This document shows, piece by piece, positions 9,266-19,143 of a DNA stretch of 64,000 nt. The notes under the pieces are model-generated. The model was not told the origin of the DNA. It searched no databases and worked only from the letters and a program-made list of their open reading frames with translations. Position numbers and translations under genes: made by a program. The stretch comes from an uncultured Planctomycetia bacterium (GTDB lineage Bacteria > Omnitrophota > Gorgyraeia > JABMRG01 > JAFGKX01). Positions within the stretch are counted from its first letter, which is position 1; the number at the start of each line of letters is the position of its first letter. Where the stretch lies: NCBI GenBank assembly GCA_964570585.1, contig CAZMYR010000006.1, positions 1,636 to 65,635 of the forward strand. The letters run 5' to 3'.

Positions 9266-10084
9266 ATGTATACCGAATTCTACGGCCTGAAAGAAAACCC
9301 TTTTAATGTAACCAGCGACCCGAACTATCTATTTATGAGCAGGCACCATAAGGAGGCCTACTCACATCTTATTTACGGGATAAAAGAGCGAAAAGGTTTT
9401 GTTGAAATCACCGGTGAGATTGGAACAGGGAAAACTACTCTTTGCCGGGCCCTGCTAAGAAAAATAAGCCATAAGATTAAAACAGCTTTAATATTAAATC
9501 CTGCCCTTTCAGAGTTTCAACTGTTGCAGTCTATACTTGAGGATTTAGGCCTTCAAGCAGAGGGAAAAAACAAGTTTAACTTATTAAAAACACTCAATAA
9601 TTACCTAATCAATGAATTGGCTCATAGGCATAATGTGGTACTTATAATTGATGAAGCCCAAAATCTTAGAGGAAAATTACTAGAACATATCAGGTTGCTT
9701 TCAAATTTAGAAACGGAAAAGGAAAAATTAATACAAATAGTACTTGTTGGCCAGCCGGAACTTAAAAAGAAATTGGCGCGCGATGATCTCACCCAGTTGC
9801 GTCAGAGAATAGCGGTAAGATATCATATCCTGCCATTGGATAAAGGCGAAATAAAAGCTTATATCTATCACAGGCTTAAAATAGCCGGCTGTTCTAAAGA
9901 CATAACTTTTACAGACAGCGCCATTGACCAATTATATTTATATACATCAGGCACGCCGCGGTTAATAAATATTGTCTGCGACAAAGTATTACTCAGCGGT
10001 TTTGTGCAGGGAACGACATCTTTTGGGGAAGATATTATAAATAGGGTGATAGACGAAATAGAAGGAAAAATCGCTGTAAAATGA
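9266..10084 (+). CDS. ExeA/GspA-like AAA ATPase
   Basis: MYTEFYGLKENPF, GEIGTGKT, LIIDEAQNL, LVGQPEL, GTPRLINIVC. Confidence 0.9.
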   Translation: MYTEFYGLKENPFNVTSDPNYLFMSRHHKEAYSHLIYGIKERKGFVEITGEIGTGKTTLCRALLRKISHKIKTALILNPALSEFQLLQSILEDLGLQAEGKNKFNLLKTLNNYLINELAHRHNVVLIIDEAQNLRGKLLEHIRLLSNLETEKEKLIQIVLVGQPELKKKLARDDLTQLRQRIAVRYHILPLDKGEIKAYIYHRLKIAGCSKDITFTDSAIDQLYLYTSGTPRLINIVCDKVLLSGFVQGTTSFGEDIINRVIDEIEGKIAVK

Positions 10085-10602
10085 GTATAATCCATGAGGC
10101 CCTAAAAAAAGCTGCTCGCATAAAAAAAGGAACTAAAACCCCCGATGCGCAAAAGGAAAGTCAAACCCTTGATTCAGATAATAAAATTACCGAAATAAAC
10201 CTGGAAACTCAACCTGCTCCTTTAAAAAAACCGAAAAAAAGACAAGCTGCTTTAATCTTACCGATTACTATAGGTTTAATGGCGATTTTAATTACAGCTG
10301 CTATATTTTTATTAAATAATTATCTCTTACGTAAAAGACCGGGGGTAGAAACTGCTAGTCTAAATCAAATTCCCAAGGAAAAAATCCAGCCGCTATTAAC
10401 AAATAAACCTATCCAGAAACGGGGTTCTTTAGACTCATTTGTATTAACCGGCATAGTTTACGATAAAGAACCAATGGCAGTAATAAATGGCTCTGTTTAT
10501 GCAGAAGGAGAATATGTCAGTGGAGCCAGGATTACAGAAATATCCAAACAGAGGGTCTTGATAGAAAAAGAAGGTAAGCAAATAGAGCTGAAGGTAAAAT
10601 GA
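10081..10602 (+). CDS. ExeB/GspB-like membrane protein
   Basis: MSIIHEALKKA N-terminus, one TM, LTGIVYD...AVING C-terminus; coupled to exeA. Confidence 0.75.
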   Translation: MSIIHEALKKAARIKKGTKTPDAQKESQTLDSDNKITEINLETQPAPLKKPKKRQAALILPITIGLMAILITAAIFLLNNYLLRKRPGVETASLNQIPKEKIQPLLTNKPIQKRGSLDSFVLTGIVYDKEPMAVINGSVYAEGEYVSGARITEISKQRVLIEKEGKQIELKVK

Positions 10603-10606
10603 CGAT

Positions 10607-10685
10607 AAATCCGAATTTCGAATATCAAAATCCGAAACAAATTCGAATTTCGAAATTGTTTCGTGTTCCGGATTTCGGATTTAGG
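10607..10685. repeat. Heptamer-repeat imperfect palindrome
   Basis: AAATCCG AATTTCG AATATCA AAATCCG AAAC ... TGTTT CGTGTTC CGGATTT CGGATTT. Confidence 0.8.
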
Positions 10686-10700
10686 GTGGGCGTTTTTACT

Positions 10701-12185
10701 TTATCTCTTCAGCGTCTTAAGGAACGCCTCTACTACTCTTGGGTCAAACTGGCTACCGGCATTCCTTTTAAGTTCTTTCACTGCTTCTTCACAGGAAAGC
10801 GCTTTACGATAAGGCCGTTCAGAAGTCATAGCATCAAAAGCATCTGCAACGCCTATTATTCTCGCCTCAAGAGGAATAGACTCGCCTTTTAAACCGGCAA
10901 TATATCCTTTTCCGTCATAACGTTCATGTTCATGATAGACACCCGGAAGAATATCTTTAAGCTGTGGGATTGGCTTAAGAATATCTATGGCTACCTTAGG
11001 ATGTTTTTTTACTATTTCATATTCTTTCCTGGTAAGCCTGGCGGGTTTTTCTAATATTTTATCAGGAATGCCAATCTTGCCAATATCATGAAGCAAGCTG
11101 GCCCGGCGAATTATATCAACCTCATACCTTGCCAGTTTCATTTCTTTGGCGATTGATACCGCGTATCGTGCTACCTTCCGAGAATGTCCATGGGTATAGT
11201 GGTCTCTTGCATCTAAGGCGGCTGCCAAGGCAAAGATAGTCCCGATGTACAGGCCCTCTGTTTCTAAAACTAATTGGTAACTTCTTATAGAAGTGGCGGC
11301 CTCATATGCCAGTATAGATAAAAGCTCAACATCTTCTTTGTCAAAGAGATTTTTACCGGGATATTTTCCCAGGTTAAGCACCCCCAGAACCTCAGAGTCT
11401 TCTGTAGCTATGGGAATGGTAATAGCCGAAACAACGCTCAATCCTTTCAGAGAGCGCCTTATATCCCCGCTAATCTTGTCGCCTTCATTGATAATAATCG
11501 GCTTATTAGTCATGGCAACTTTACCTGCTATACCTTTGCCTATCCGCTCTTCTGCTTCTTCTACAATATCTTCAGGTATGCCCACAGACGCATTAATTTT
11601 AAGCACCCCCTGTTTATCTGCTAACATAACCGATGCTCTATCGGCATTACTTTCTTTAAGGGCAGTATCTATCACTATATCTAACAATCTGTTTAAATCT
11701 CTTGCAACGACTAATTTTCTTCCTGATTTGACCAGAGTGTGCAGTCGCTTGAAATCCCTTTTTCTGTGAACATTGCTGATATGGAGAATATTCACATCAA
11801 TTGCGCCAGTTACTAAATACAACATTTTTCGCAATTTCTCAAGGTCTTGTTTATATTTTGATAATAAAAATTCAGCAATGATCTTTCGCAGCAGCATCTG
11901 CCCATGTATAATATCTTCCGCAGTATTTATACTTAGATAACCTTCTCGTATAAGTGAAGATAAACACCTCAAGGACCTTGTATCGTGCCGATTTTGAAGA
12001 TATGCAGCAAAAAGCTTAAAGAACCTGCTCATACCCTTCCTATGCCTTTCAACAGACACGACCGCTCTGTGCTTTCTGTGTCCCGGCACTTTCATTATTT
12101 GTGATGCCCACTTTGAAACTATATTATCTTTATTTAGGATAAGCTGCTCAGTTAACTCTTCTTTTATTTTTCTATCGGCATTCAT
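10701..12185 (-). CDS. GAF + HD-GYP cyclic-dinucleotide phosphodiesterase with RsbRD_N-like N-terminus
   Basis: YTHGHS, LLHDIGK, HEHERYDGKGY, VADAFDAMTSERPYR, GSQFDP. Confidence 0.9.
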   Translation of the reverse strand: MNADRKIKEELTEQLILNKDNIVSKWASQIMKVPGHRKHRAVVSVERHRKGMSRFFKLFAAYLQNRHDTRSLRCLSSLIREGYLSINTAEDIIHGQMLLRKIIAEFLLSKYKQDLEKLRKMLYLVTGAIDVNILHISNVHRKRDFKRLHTLVKSGRKLVVARDLNRLLDIVIDTALKESNADRASVMLADKQGVLKINASVGIPEDIVEEAEERIGKGIAGKVAMTNKPIIINEGDKISGDIRRSLKGLSVVSAITIPIATEDSEVLGVLNLGKYPGKNLFDKEDVELLSILAYEAATSIRSYQLVLETEGLYIGTIFALAAALDARDHYTHGHSRKVARYAVSIAKEMKLARYEVDIIRRASLLHDIGKIGIPDKILEKPARLTRKEYEIVKKHPKVAIDILKPIPQLKDILPGVYHEHERYDGKGYIAGLKGESIPLEARIIGVADAFDAMTSERPYRKALSCEEAVKELKRNAGSQFDPRVVEAFLKTLKR

Positions 12186-12188
12186 TGT

Positions 12189-12650
12189 TTATCTAATTTT
12201 ATAAATCAGATTTATTATTTGTATATCATCAAAAGGGCATCTATCCTTTTCTCCGAACCCCTTCTTTTTACATAAAAGTTCTACTACCGGTTTCATTCTT
12301 GATGTAGCCCTGAAGTTCACATGACTATATCCGTTCATTTTGCAAAAATCTAAGGCGGTATCGACCAGCATAGAGCCGACCCCGCGTTCCCTATGGCTAG
12401 GGTGAACGAAAAGTCTCCTTAATAAAGCTTTCCTTTTGCTATCCTCTTTAACCCCGACCGTGCCCACAATGGCTGAACCTTCTACAGCCACTAAGAATTT
12501 CTCTCTTAATTTTCCATAAGCTTTTGCTATAGAATCTAAATCTCCATACTGATAAGCCCTTTGCTCGCTTTCGTATTCTTTAGCCATTATAGAACTGATT
12601 AGTTCTTTTACAGCCGGGTTATCCTTCTTTTTGAAGGACCTGATATACAT
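12189..12650 (-). CDS. GNAT N-acetyltransferase
   Basis: LRRLFVHPSHRERGVG motif A. Confidence 0.85.
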   Translation of the reverse strand: MYIRSFKKKDNPAVKELISSIMAKEYESEQRAYQYGDLDSIAKAYGKLREKFLVAVEGSAIVGTVGVKEDSKRKALLRRLFVHPSHRERGVGSMLVDTALDFCKMNGYSHVNFRATSRMKPVVELLCKKKGFGEKDRCPFDDIQIINLIYKIR

Positions 12651-12697
12651 CTTTCATTCTCCGTTTTTCATTATAATATACTATGCTAAAAAACTTG

Positions 12698-13093
12698 TCA
12701 AGCGAAGACTCGGATAAAAACATTTCTCTGTCGAGGGCCGTCGAACTCGCAAAAATAAATCCCCTGCCATGTTCCCAATTTAAGATGGCCTGACTCAATC
12801 AAGAGGTTTATCGAAGAACCTAACAAACTTGCTTTTATGTGCGCGTCCGCATTGCCTTCGGTATGGGTATAGTTAGCTCTATAAGGCACAGCTTCATTAA
12901 AATAATTTTTTATGTCTTCCCGCACTGCCGGATCGGCATTCTCATTTATGGTTATACCTGCCGTTGTATGCGGGCAGAAAACAATGCAGGTCCCCTCCTT
13001 TATATTTGCATCTCTTACGATATTCTCAATCTTGCCGGTAATATCTTTGAATTCTGTCCGGGATTTTGTACTAATAGAGAATTCCTTAATCAC
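12698..13093 (-). CDS. yjbQ: YjbQ/UPF0047 family protein
   Basis: HTTAGITINENADP, NADAHIKA, LGTWQGIYFCEFDGPR. Confidence 0.9.
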   Translation of the reverse strand: MIKEFSISTKSRTEFKDITGKIENIVRDANIKEGTCIVFCPHTTAGITINENADPAVREDIKNYFNEAVPYRANYTHTEGNADAHIKASLLGSSINLLIESGHLKLGTWQGIYFCEFDGPRQRNVFIRVFA

Positions 13094-14178
13094 TGTTTTA
13101 TTCTTTTATCTATGGATTTTTTAATCCATCTTCTGTCGATATTGCTGCAAACCATTACGTGCCCGATAGATACCGGAAGTATAAACCTTCCTTTTCCGGC
13201 TATAATTTTTTTATCGTACAAAGTAGCATTAAGCACTTTAGAGGCTGAAATCTTAGTTATGCTTGTTGGCAAATTGGCTGCCTTTATTAATTCTTCAATT
13301 CTTCCGGCATCCTTTTTGCTTAGCACATTCAATTCTCTGGCAATATCGCAGGCGCATAACATGCCTAAAGCAATTGCCCGGCCATGGGCCATCTTTCTGG
13401 TATACGAAGCAGATGTTTCCAAAGCATGCCCTATGGTATGGCCGAAATTTAATATCGAGCGGTATCCGGAAGTTTCTTTTTCATCTATAGATACTACTTT
13501 TGCCTTAAGCCGGCTACACCTGGAAACAATATACGCAAGGCAATCCTTATTTAACCTGAGCAATTTGTTAAGATTTTTTTCAAGATAGAGGAATAAATTT
13601 TTATCCAATATAACCGCATATTTTATAATCTCGGCAATACCGTTTTTTACCTCTGTCAGCGGTAAACTCATAACAAGTTTAATATCAGATATAACCATTT
13701 CCGGCTGGTAAAAAGCCCCCACCAGATTCTTGCCAAAGGGAAGGTCAACTGCTGTCTTGCCTCCTATGGCCGAGTCTACCTGAGCAAGAAGCGTCGTTGG
13801 CACCTGCACCAATGGCACCCCCCTTTTATAACACGCTGCTACAAAACCGGATAAATCGCCAACAACACCTCCGCCAAAAGCAATGACAGCAATACCTCTT
13901 CCCTTATCAAATCTGGTTATTTTGTGTATTACTTTAACCCAGGTATCTATAGATTTGCTTCTTTCAGAGTCAGCGACTAATATAAAATTAGTCCTTATTC
14001 CCGCTGAATGTAAGCTATTGGCAAGCTTTGAGCCATAAAGGGCTTTTATTCTATTGTTGGTAATTACTAAAGCGCTATTTACATTTGGGATTGTCTTTAT
14101 GAGTTTACCGACTTTGCCTAATAGGTTAGCGCCTATAATTAAGGGGTAGCTTCTTTCACCTAAATTAACTTTTATCAT
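13090..14178 (-). CDS. aroB: 3-dehydroquinate synthase
   Basis: GGGVVGDL, PTTLLAQVDSAIGGKT, KNLVGAFYQP, LNFGHTIGHALE. Confidence 0.95.
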   Translation of the reverse strand: MIKVNLGERSYPLIIGANLLGKVGKLIKTIPNVNSALVITNNRIKALYGSKLANSLHSAGIRTNFILVADSERSKSIDTWVKVIHKITRFDKGRGIAVIAFGGGVVGDLSGFVAACYKRGVPLVQVPTTLLAQVDSAIGGKTAVDLPFGKNLVGAFYQPEMVISDIKLVMSLPLTEVKNGIAEIIKYAVILDKNLFLYLEKNLNKLLRLNKDCLAYIVSRCSRLKAKVVSIDEKETSGYRSILNFGHTIGHALETSASYTRKMAHGRAIALGMLCACDIARELNVLSKKDAGRIEELIKAANLPTSITKISASKVLNATLYDKKIIAGKGRFILPVSIGHVMVCSNIDRRWIKKSIDKRIKQ

Positions 14179-14210
14179 ATTTCACCACCGGGTGGGAATT
14201 TGTTCGACCT

Positions 14211-14288
14211 TGAAGGGGACACTCTGCTGCACAAAAAAGATTCTGGAATATACGTACTCTTTTTTGTGCTGCAGGGTGTCCCCTTTCA
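14211..14288. repeat. REP-like palindrome family C, copy 1
   Basis: aaggggacactctgctgcacaaaaaag...cttttttgtgctgcagggtgtcccctt; inverted copy at 32024. Confidence 0.85.
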
Positions 14289-14301
14289 TGTAAGTGTCCC
14301 C

Positions 14302-14931
14302 TCACCTAAATAAAAAAGAAAAATCGACACCTAAAAACATTCCCAATTTAATAACCAGAGGAAAAATTATTGCCCTTAATACGCCAAGCCATAAAAGGGC
14401 AATAATTATAATAAATCCATAAGGTTCTATACGATTATAAATGTTTACATATTTCCATGGCAACAAAGATGTAACCATTCGCGAACCATCTAACGGAGGA
14501 ATCGGTATGAGGTTAAATACCCCTAAGATTAAGTTTATGAGAACTCCTAAACTCAACAACTGAATAAACAAACCGTTCCCACTTATTATCGGCAACTTTA
14601 TAATTAAAGCAATAAAAACAGCGCTTAAAAAATTGGCGCATGGTCCGGCTATAGCGACCCATAACATATCTTTTTTGGGATTCTTTAAGTTTTGAAAATT
14701 TATCGGCACAGGTTTAGCCCAGCCGATTGGCGGCAATCTTAACATAACCATCGTTAACGGTAGAATGATTGTCCCTATCGGGTCTATGTGGGCAAGTGGA
14801 TTAAGGGATAATCTACCGGAATATTTGGCTGTTGGGTCACCGAGCTTATACGCAACCCAACCATGCGCATATTCATGTAATGTAATTGCAATAAGGAGAA
14901 TAATTAGTTGAATTATGATTACTATTATCAT
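14302..14931 (-). CDS. Site-2 protease (M50)
   Basis: HEYAH, AGP, NLIPIPPLDG. Confidence 0.93.
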   Translation of the reverse strand: MIIVIIIQLIILLIAITLHEYAHGWVAYKLGDPTAKYSGRLSLNPLAHIDPIGTIILPLTMVMLRLPPIGWAKPVPINFQNLKNPKKDMLWVAIAGPCANFLSAVFIALIIKLPIISGNGLFIQLLSLGVLINLILGVFNLIPIPPLDGSRMVTSLLPWKYVNIYNRIEPYGFIIIIALLWLGVLRAIIFPLVIKLGMFLGVDFSFLFR

Positions 14932-14934
14932 TGC

Positions 14935-15255
14935 TTACATAATGGCAGTGCCGGCCGGTATCTCCCTATCAAGAGTAATTATTGAAAGTGTATCCTTAGT
15001 CGAAGCAGCCAATAGCATTGCCGAAGATTCAACTCCTCTAATAACCGCAGGCTCAAGATTACATACTACCACTATATTCCTTCCATTTAGTTCATCAGGC
15101 CCATAAAAGTTTTTTATACCGGCAACGATATCTTTTTTCTCGGTGCCCAAATCTACAGTTAGGATATATAGTTTATCTGCCTGGGGGTGGTCTTTTACAT
15201 CAACAATTTTAGCTGTTTTTAGCTCCATCTTTTTAAAATCGTCATAGGTTATCAT
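14935..15255 (-). CDS. tRNA-binding OB-fold protein (CsaA/MetRS C-terminal-like)
   Basis: HPQADKLY, VCNLEPAVIRGVES. Confidence 0.88.
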   Translation of the reverse strand: MITYDDFKKMELKTAKIVDVKDHPQADKLYILTVDLGTEKKDIVAGIKNFYGPDELNGRNIVVVCNLEPAVIRGVESSAMLLAASTKDTLSIITLDREIPAGTAIM

Positions 15256-15575
15256 TTCTTCTCCCTGCCTTTGTCCTTGCCGGTTTCTTTCCCGGGAGCG
15301 GGAGCCGCTGGCTTCTTACCTTCTTCACCAGGAGCGGCAGCCTCGCCTTCCACAGCTCCCTCAGCAGCCGCCAGTGCAGCAACCTCTTCAGACTTTTCTG
15401 CCTTTTCCTTTTTAACTTTAAACTTTAATATTTTGACTTTTGCCAATGCAAAGATTGAATCGCCTTCTTTCCACTCATCTTTTTTCATAAGGTGCAGCAA
15501 CCTCTCAAGGCGCTTTAATACGCTTCGATGCTGCTTGGACTTAGCGCTTGATTTTAAACTTGGATGTATCGACAT
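15252..15575 (-). CDS. PVC small basic protein (TIGR04137-like) with Ala/Glu/Lys-rich tail
   Basis: MSIHPSLK...HRSVLKRLERL...W..GDSIFALAKVK pattern. Confidence 0.75.
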   Translation of the reverse strand: MSIHPSLKSSAKSKQHRSVLKRLERLLHLMKKDEWKEGDSIFALAKVKILKFKVKKEKAEKSEEVAALAAAEGAVEGEAAAPGEEGKKPAAPAPGKETGKDKGREKK

Positions 15576-15585
15576 TTTGTTTACC

Positions 15586-16122
15586 TCACTTTCGCTTTTT
15601 TACAAAACAATCCTTATACCTATCTTTCAGCTTTTTAGCAATACTTTCTGCCTTTTTTGCATTAGCAAATCCGGCTACATATACAATATAATATCTACCG
15701 CTTTTAGCAATCTCCGCTGCATATCCTCTCTTCTCAAGAAGCTCCTTTTCCTTTTCTGCCTGTTTATTATCTTTATAGGCTGCCACCTGTATAACATAAG
15801 GCGAAGAACCCCCTTTCACAATTACTGGCTCTTTAGATATCTTTTCTTCTATCGGTGTTTCTGCTTTCTTCTCAACGACGACTTTTTCTATAGCGGGTTC
15901 TCTCCTGGCTATTACTATCCGCTTACCTCTTTCAACACCAAGCGAAAAGCATATTATCAGCAAAATTACAAGCCCTATAAAAATAAAGATGAGTTGCTCA
16001 TTAGAAAGCCTGATGTTATATATCCTTTTGCCAGCACCTGGCCCCAGGATTTTTTTCCGCAATCTTACCGGTTGTGTAAACTCCTCAAAAAGCTCCTTCT
16101 GTATTTCCCGCCTTTCATGCAT
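15586..16122 (-). CDS. SPOR domain cell-division protein
   Basis: One TM followed by FSLGVERG; C-terminal YVIQVAAY...YYIVYVAGF. Confidence 0.85.
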   Translation of the reverse strand: MHERREIQKELFEEFTQPVRLRKKILGPGAGKRIYNIRLSNEQLIFIFIGLVILLIICFSLGVERGKRIVIARREPAIEKVVVEKKAETPIEEKISKEPVIVKGGSSPYVIQVAAYKDNKQAEKEKELLEKRGYAAEIAKSGRYYIVYVAGFANAKKAESIAKKLKDRYKDCFVKKRK

Positions 16123-16130
16123 GAAAAATA

Positions 16131-16251
16131 ATTATAACATAAAATAGTACCATTTCAAAGAAAAAAGAAAAAAGGCTGATGCGTGACCCAGAAACCGAGC
16201 ATTGGCAATTTCATACAAAAATATTGACAAAATATCAATTTTACATATAAT
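16131..16251. promoter_or_regulatory. Divergent sigma70 promoters (SPOR gene and gcv operon)
   Basis: Plus: TTGACA 16224, 16 nt, TATAAT 16246. Minus: TTGAAA 16158, 16 nt, TATAAT 16136 with extended TG. Confidence 0.75.
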
Positions 16252-16260
16252 TGAACGGAA

Positions 16261-17331
16261 ATGTCTAAACGCACTCCCCTTTACCAAGAACACAACCGCT
16301 GGGGCGCTCGTATGGCGCTCTTTGCCGGATGGAATATGCCTATTCAGTATTCGGGCATAATCGAAGAGCATCTTCACACCAGAACTAAAGCAGGGCTTTT
16401 TGACATATGCCACATGGGGGAATTCATCCTAAAAGGCGAAACCGCTAAGGGCGATGTCGATTATCTCATAACTTCTCGCACTGATGATATGGCTGTTGGA
16501 AAATGTTGTTATGGTTTTCTGCTTAATGACAAAGGCAAAATCTTAGATGACCTTATTGCTTTTAAAACCGGGGAAAATGAATTTATACTGGTTGTAAATG
16601 CCGGCACTATCGGTAAAGACAAAGAATGGATAAAATCACACCTATCCGCTGAAACACAATTTGAAGATATATCCGAAAAAACAGCTAAAATCGATTTGCA
16701 AGGACCTCTTTCAAAAGAAATCCTTTCCTCTTATACTGATGCAGCACTGGATAAAATAAAAAGATACCACTTCTTAACTGCAAATGTATGCGGCGTAAAG
16801 GCTTTGATAAGCAGGACCGGCTATACAGGCGAATTGGGCTATGAACTTTATTTTCCAAAAGAGGAAGCTGTAGGTTTGTGGAATAAGCTCCTGGAAAATA
16901 AAGATGTCCAGCCGGTAGGGCTTGGCGCGCGCGACACCCTCAGGCTCGAGATGGGATATGCGCTTTATGGGCAGGACATTGACGAAGAGCATACTCCTTT
17001 AGAGGCGAATCTGGAAAAATTTATCTATATGGAAAAAGGGTTTATAGGAAAGGCCGCCCTTATTAAACAAAAATCTGAAGGTATAAAAAATATCCTGGTT
17101 GGATTTATAGCTGAAGGCCGAAGAAGCCCAAGGCACAATTTCGATGTTGTATGCAATAACGAAATGATAGGTAAAGTAACAAGCGGGAGTTTTTCTCCTT
17201 GCCTTAAAAAGGCAATTGGTTTATGCTATGTGGATAAAGGCAAGGCCAAAGAAGGAAATAAAATAACTCTCAGCGATGGGAAGATTTCTATAGAAGCAAC
17301 CATAAAAAAACCGCCATTCTATACGAAATAG
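16261..17331 (+). CDS. gcvT: Glycine cleavage aminomethyltransferase T
   Basis: FAGWNMPIQY, GLFDICHMG, SRTGYTGELGYE, GLGARDTLRLE. Confidence 0.96.
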   Translation: MSKRTPLYQEHNRWGARMALFAGWNMPIQYSGIIEEHLHTRTKAGLFDICHMGEFILKGETAKGDVDYLITSRTDDMAVGKCCYGFLLNDKGKILDDLIAFKTGENEFILVVNAGTIGKDKEWIKSHLSAETQFEDISEKTAKIDLQGPLSKEILSSYTDAALDKIKRYHFLTANVCGVKALISRTGYTGELGYELYFPKEEAVGLWNKLLENKDVQPVGLGARDTLRLEMGYALYGQDIDEEHTPLEANLEKFIYMEKGFIGKAALIKQKSEGIKNILVGFIAEGRRSPRHNFDVVCNNEMIGKVTSGSFSPCLKKAIGLCYVDKGKAKEGNKITLSDGKISIEATIKKPPFYTK

Positions 17332-17363
17332 TCTACGAACTACGAACTCATAACTACGAACTA
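17331..17363. repeat. TACGAAC heptamer repeat
   Basis: Reverse complement matches 25517-25549 at 32/33. Confidence 0.75.
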
Positions 17364-17380
17364 AATACAAGGAGTCGCAA

Positions 17381-17779
17381 ATGATACCAGGAAACCTAAA
17401 ATATACTATAGAACATGAATGGGCTAAAATAGAAAATGATGAAGCTGTTTTTGGCATAACAGAGTATGCCCAATCCGAACTGGGAGATATTACATTTGTA
17501 GAAGTGCCTGAGAAAGAAACCACGGTTAAGCAATCTGAAACCTTTTCTGTGGCAGAATCAGTAAAAGCAGCGAGTGATATATATGCTCCTTTATCAGGTA
17601 GCATTATCGATGTTAATGAAAAGTTAATAAATACACCTGAGCTTATAAATAAGTCTCCATATGAAGAAGGGTGGATTTGCAAGATAAAAATATCCAACCC
17701 GGCTCAAATCTCCAATCTTATGGACGCAAAAGCATATAAGGAATATTTAGAAAAGCTAACGGAGAAAGACCGTTTCTGA
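17381..17779 (+). CDS. gcvH: Glycine cleavage H protein
   Basis: HEW, GITEYAQSELGD, ESVKAASDIYAP lipoyl-Lys motif. Confidence 0.96.
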   Translation: MIPGNLKYTIEHEWAKIENDEAVFGITEYAQSELGDITFVEVPEKETTVKQSETFSVAESVKAASDIYAPLSGSIIDVNEKLINTPELINKSPYEEGWICKIKISNPAQISNLMDAKAYKEYLEKLTEKDRF

Positions 17780-17799
17780 AACCAAACAGGTTTAAAGAA

Positions 17800-19143
17800 A
17801 TGACCTATATTTCCAATACCAAGGAAGATAAACTGCAGATGCTCAGGGCCATTGGCATAAAAGACGGCGATGTTGAGAAATTATTCAAAGACATCCCGAG
17901 AAATTTACGCGCACGTTCCTTTGATATACCTTCCGGAAAGAGCGAATATGAAGTGACTCAACACATAAAAAAACTCGCCAATAAAAATAATACTGACCTT
18001 ATTTCATTTTTAGGCGCCGGATATTATGACCATTTTATACCTGCGGCAGTAGATGCTCTTGTCTCCCGCTCTGAATTTTATACTGCATATACCCCATATC
18101 AACCTGAGGCCTCCCAGGGCACGCTTCAGGCCATCTATGAATATCAAAGTGCAATATCGCGCTTGACTGATATGGAGGTTGCCAATGCCTCTCTTTATGA
18201 TGGCGGCACTGCCATTTATGAAGCAGCCATGATGGCTATGCGCATTACCGGCAGAAATAAAATTATAACAGATTCAGGGGTAAATCCAATCCATAGAAAG
18301 ATTCTTTATAGCTATACCAGCAATCTTTCAATAGAATTTAAAGAAATTCCCGTTGTGCATGGTCAAAGCGACAGAGGCATGGTGGATAAGTTTCTTGACG
18401 ATAAAACCGCAGCTGTTATATTGCAAAATCCCAATTTTTTCGGCGCAATCGATGACTATACCGACATTATTAAAAAATGTCATAGCTTAGGCGCTGCTGC
18501 AATTATGAGCGTTTATCCGATATCTCTGGGCATTTTAAAAACTCCGGGCGAAATGGGAGCAGATATAGTTGTAGGAGAAGGCCAGAGCTTAGGAATTCCT
18601 CTTTCCTTTGGCGGCCCATATCTGGGCTTTATGGCTACAAAAAAAGAATTTGTAAGAAAGATGCCGGGTAGACTGGTTGGCGCAACAGTTGATATAGAAG
18701 GCAGGAGAGGATTTGTCTTAACATTGCAAACCAGGGAACAGCATATAAGAAGAGAAAAAGCTACTTCCAATATTTGCTCAAATGAGGCATTGTGCGCCTT
18801 AAGGGCCCTTATTTACATGTGTCTTTTGGGCAAGGAAGGATTGAAAGAGGTTGCCAATCTATGTTTTAAAAAGGCAGAATACGCAAAGAAAGTTTTAGAA
18901 GGCATAAAAGGTGTTGAGGTCAAAAGAAGCTCTCCCACATTTAATGAATTCACTGTTAAATTGCCTTCCAATACAGAAGAGATTATAACAAAATTGCAGG
19001 ACAGAGGTTTTTTGGCAGGCTTTCCATTAGGTCTATATTATAATGAAATGGAAGATTATATGTTAGTAGCTGTAACTGAAAAACGCACCAGGGGGGAAAT
19101 TGACCAATATACCAAGGCTTTGGAGTCGGTATTATGGAGTTAA
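17800..19143 (+). CDS. gcvPA: Glycine dehydrogenase subunit 1
   Basis: FYTAYTPYQPEASQG, TREQHIRREKATSNICSN. Confidence 0.96.
   Translation: MTYISNTKEDKLQMLRAIGIKDGDVEKLFKDIPRNLRARSFDIPSGKSEYEVTQHIKKLANKNNTDLISFLGAGYYDHFIPAAVDALVSRSEFYTAYTPYQPEASQGTLQAIYEYQSAISRLTDMEVANASLYDGGTAIYEAAMMAMRITGRNKIITDSGVNPIHRKILYSYTSNLSIEFKEIPVVHGQSDRGMVDKFLDDKTAAVILQNPNFFGAIDDYTDIIKKCHSLGAAAIMSVYPISLGILKTPGEMGADIVVGEGQSLGIPLSFGGPYLGFMATKKEFVRKMPGRLVGATVDIEGRRGFVLTLQTREQHIRREKATSNICSNEALCALRALIYMCLLGKEGLKEVANLCFKKAEYAKKVLEGIKGVEVKRSSPTFNEFTVKLPSNTEEIITKLQDRGFLAGFPLGLYYNEMEDYMLVAVTEKRTRGEIDQYTKALESVLWS

Noticed and set aside
10599-10892. 97-aa plus-strand ORF after exeB
   Set aside because: Translation of the heptamer repeat plus antisense of the HD-GYP gene
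12839-16131. Long antisense ORFs (12839..13588, 15271..16131; also 40976..41770 and 55366..56076)
   Set aside because: Shadows of well-supported opposite-strand genes
16140-16260. Glycine riboswitch upstream of gcvT
   Set aside because: The promoter lies 9 nt from the ATG, leaving no room, and no aptamer motif is visible
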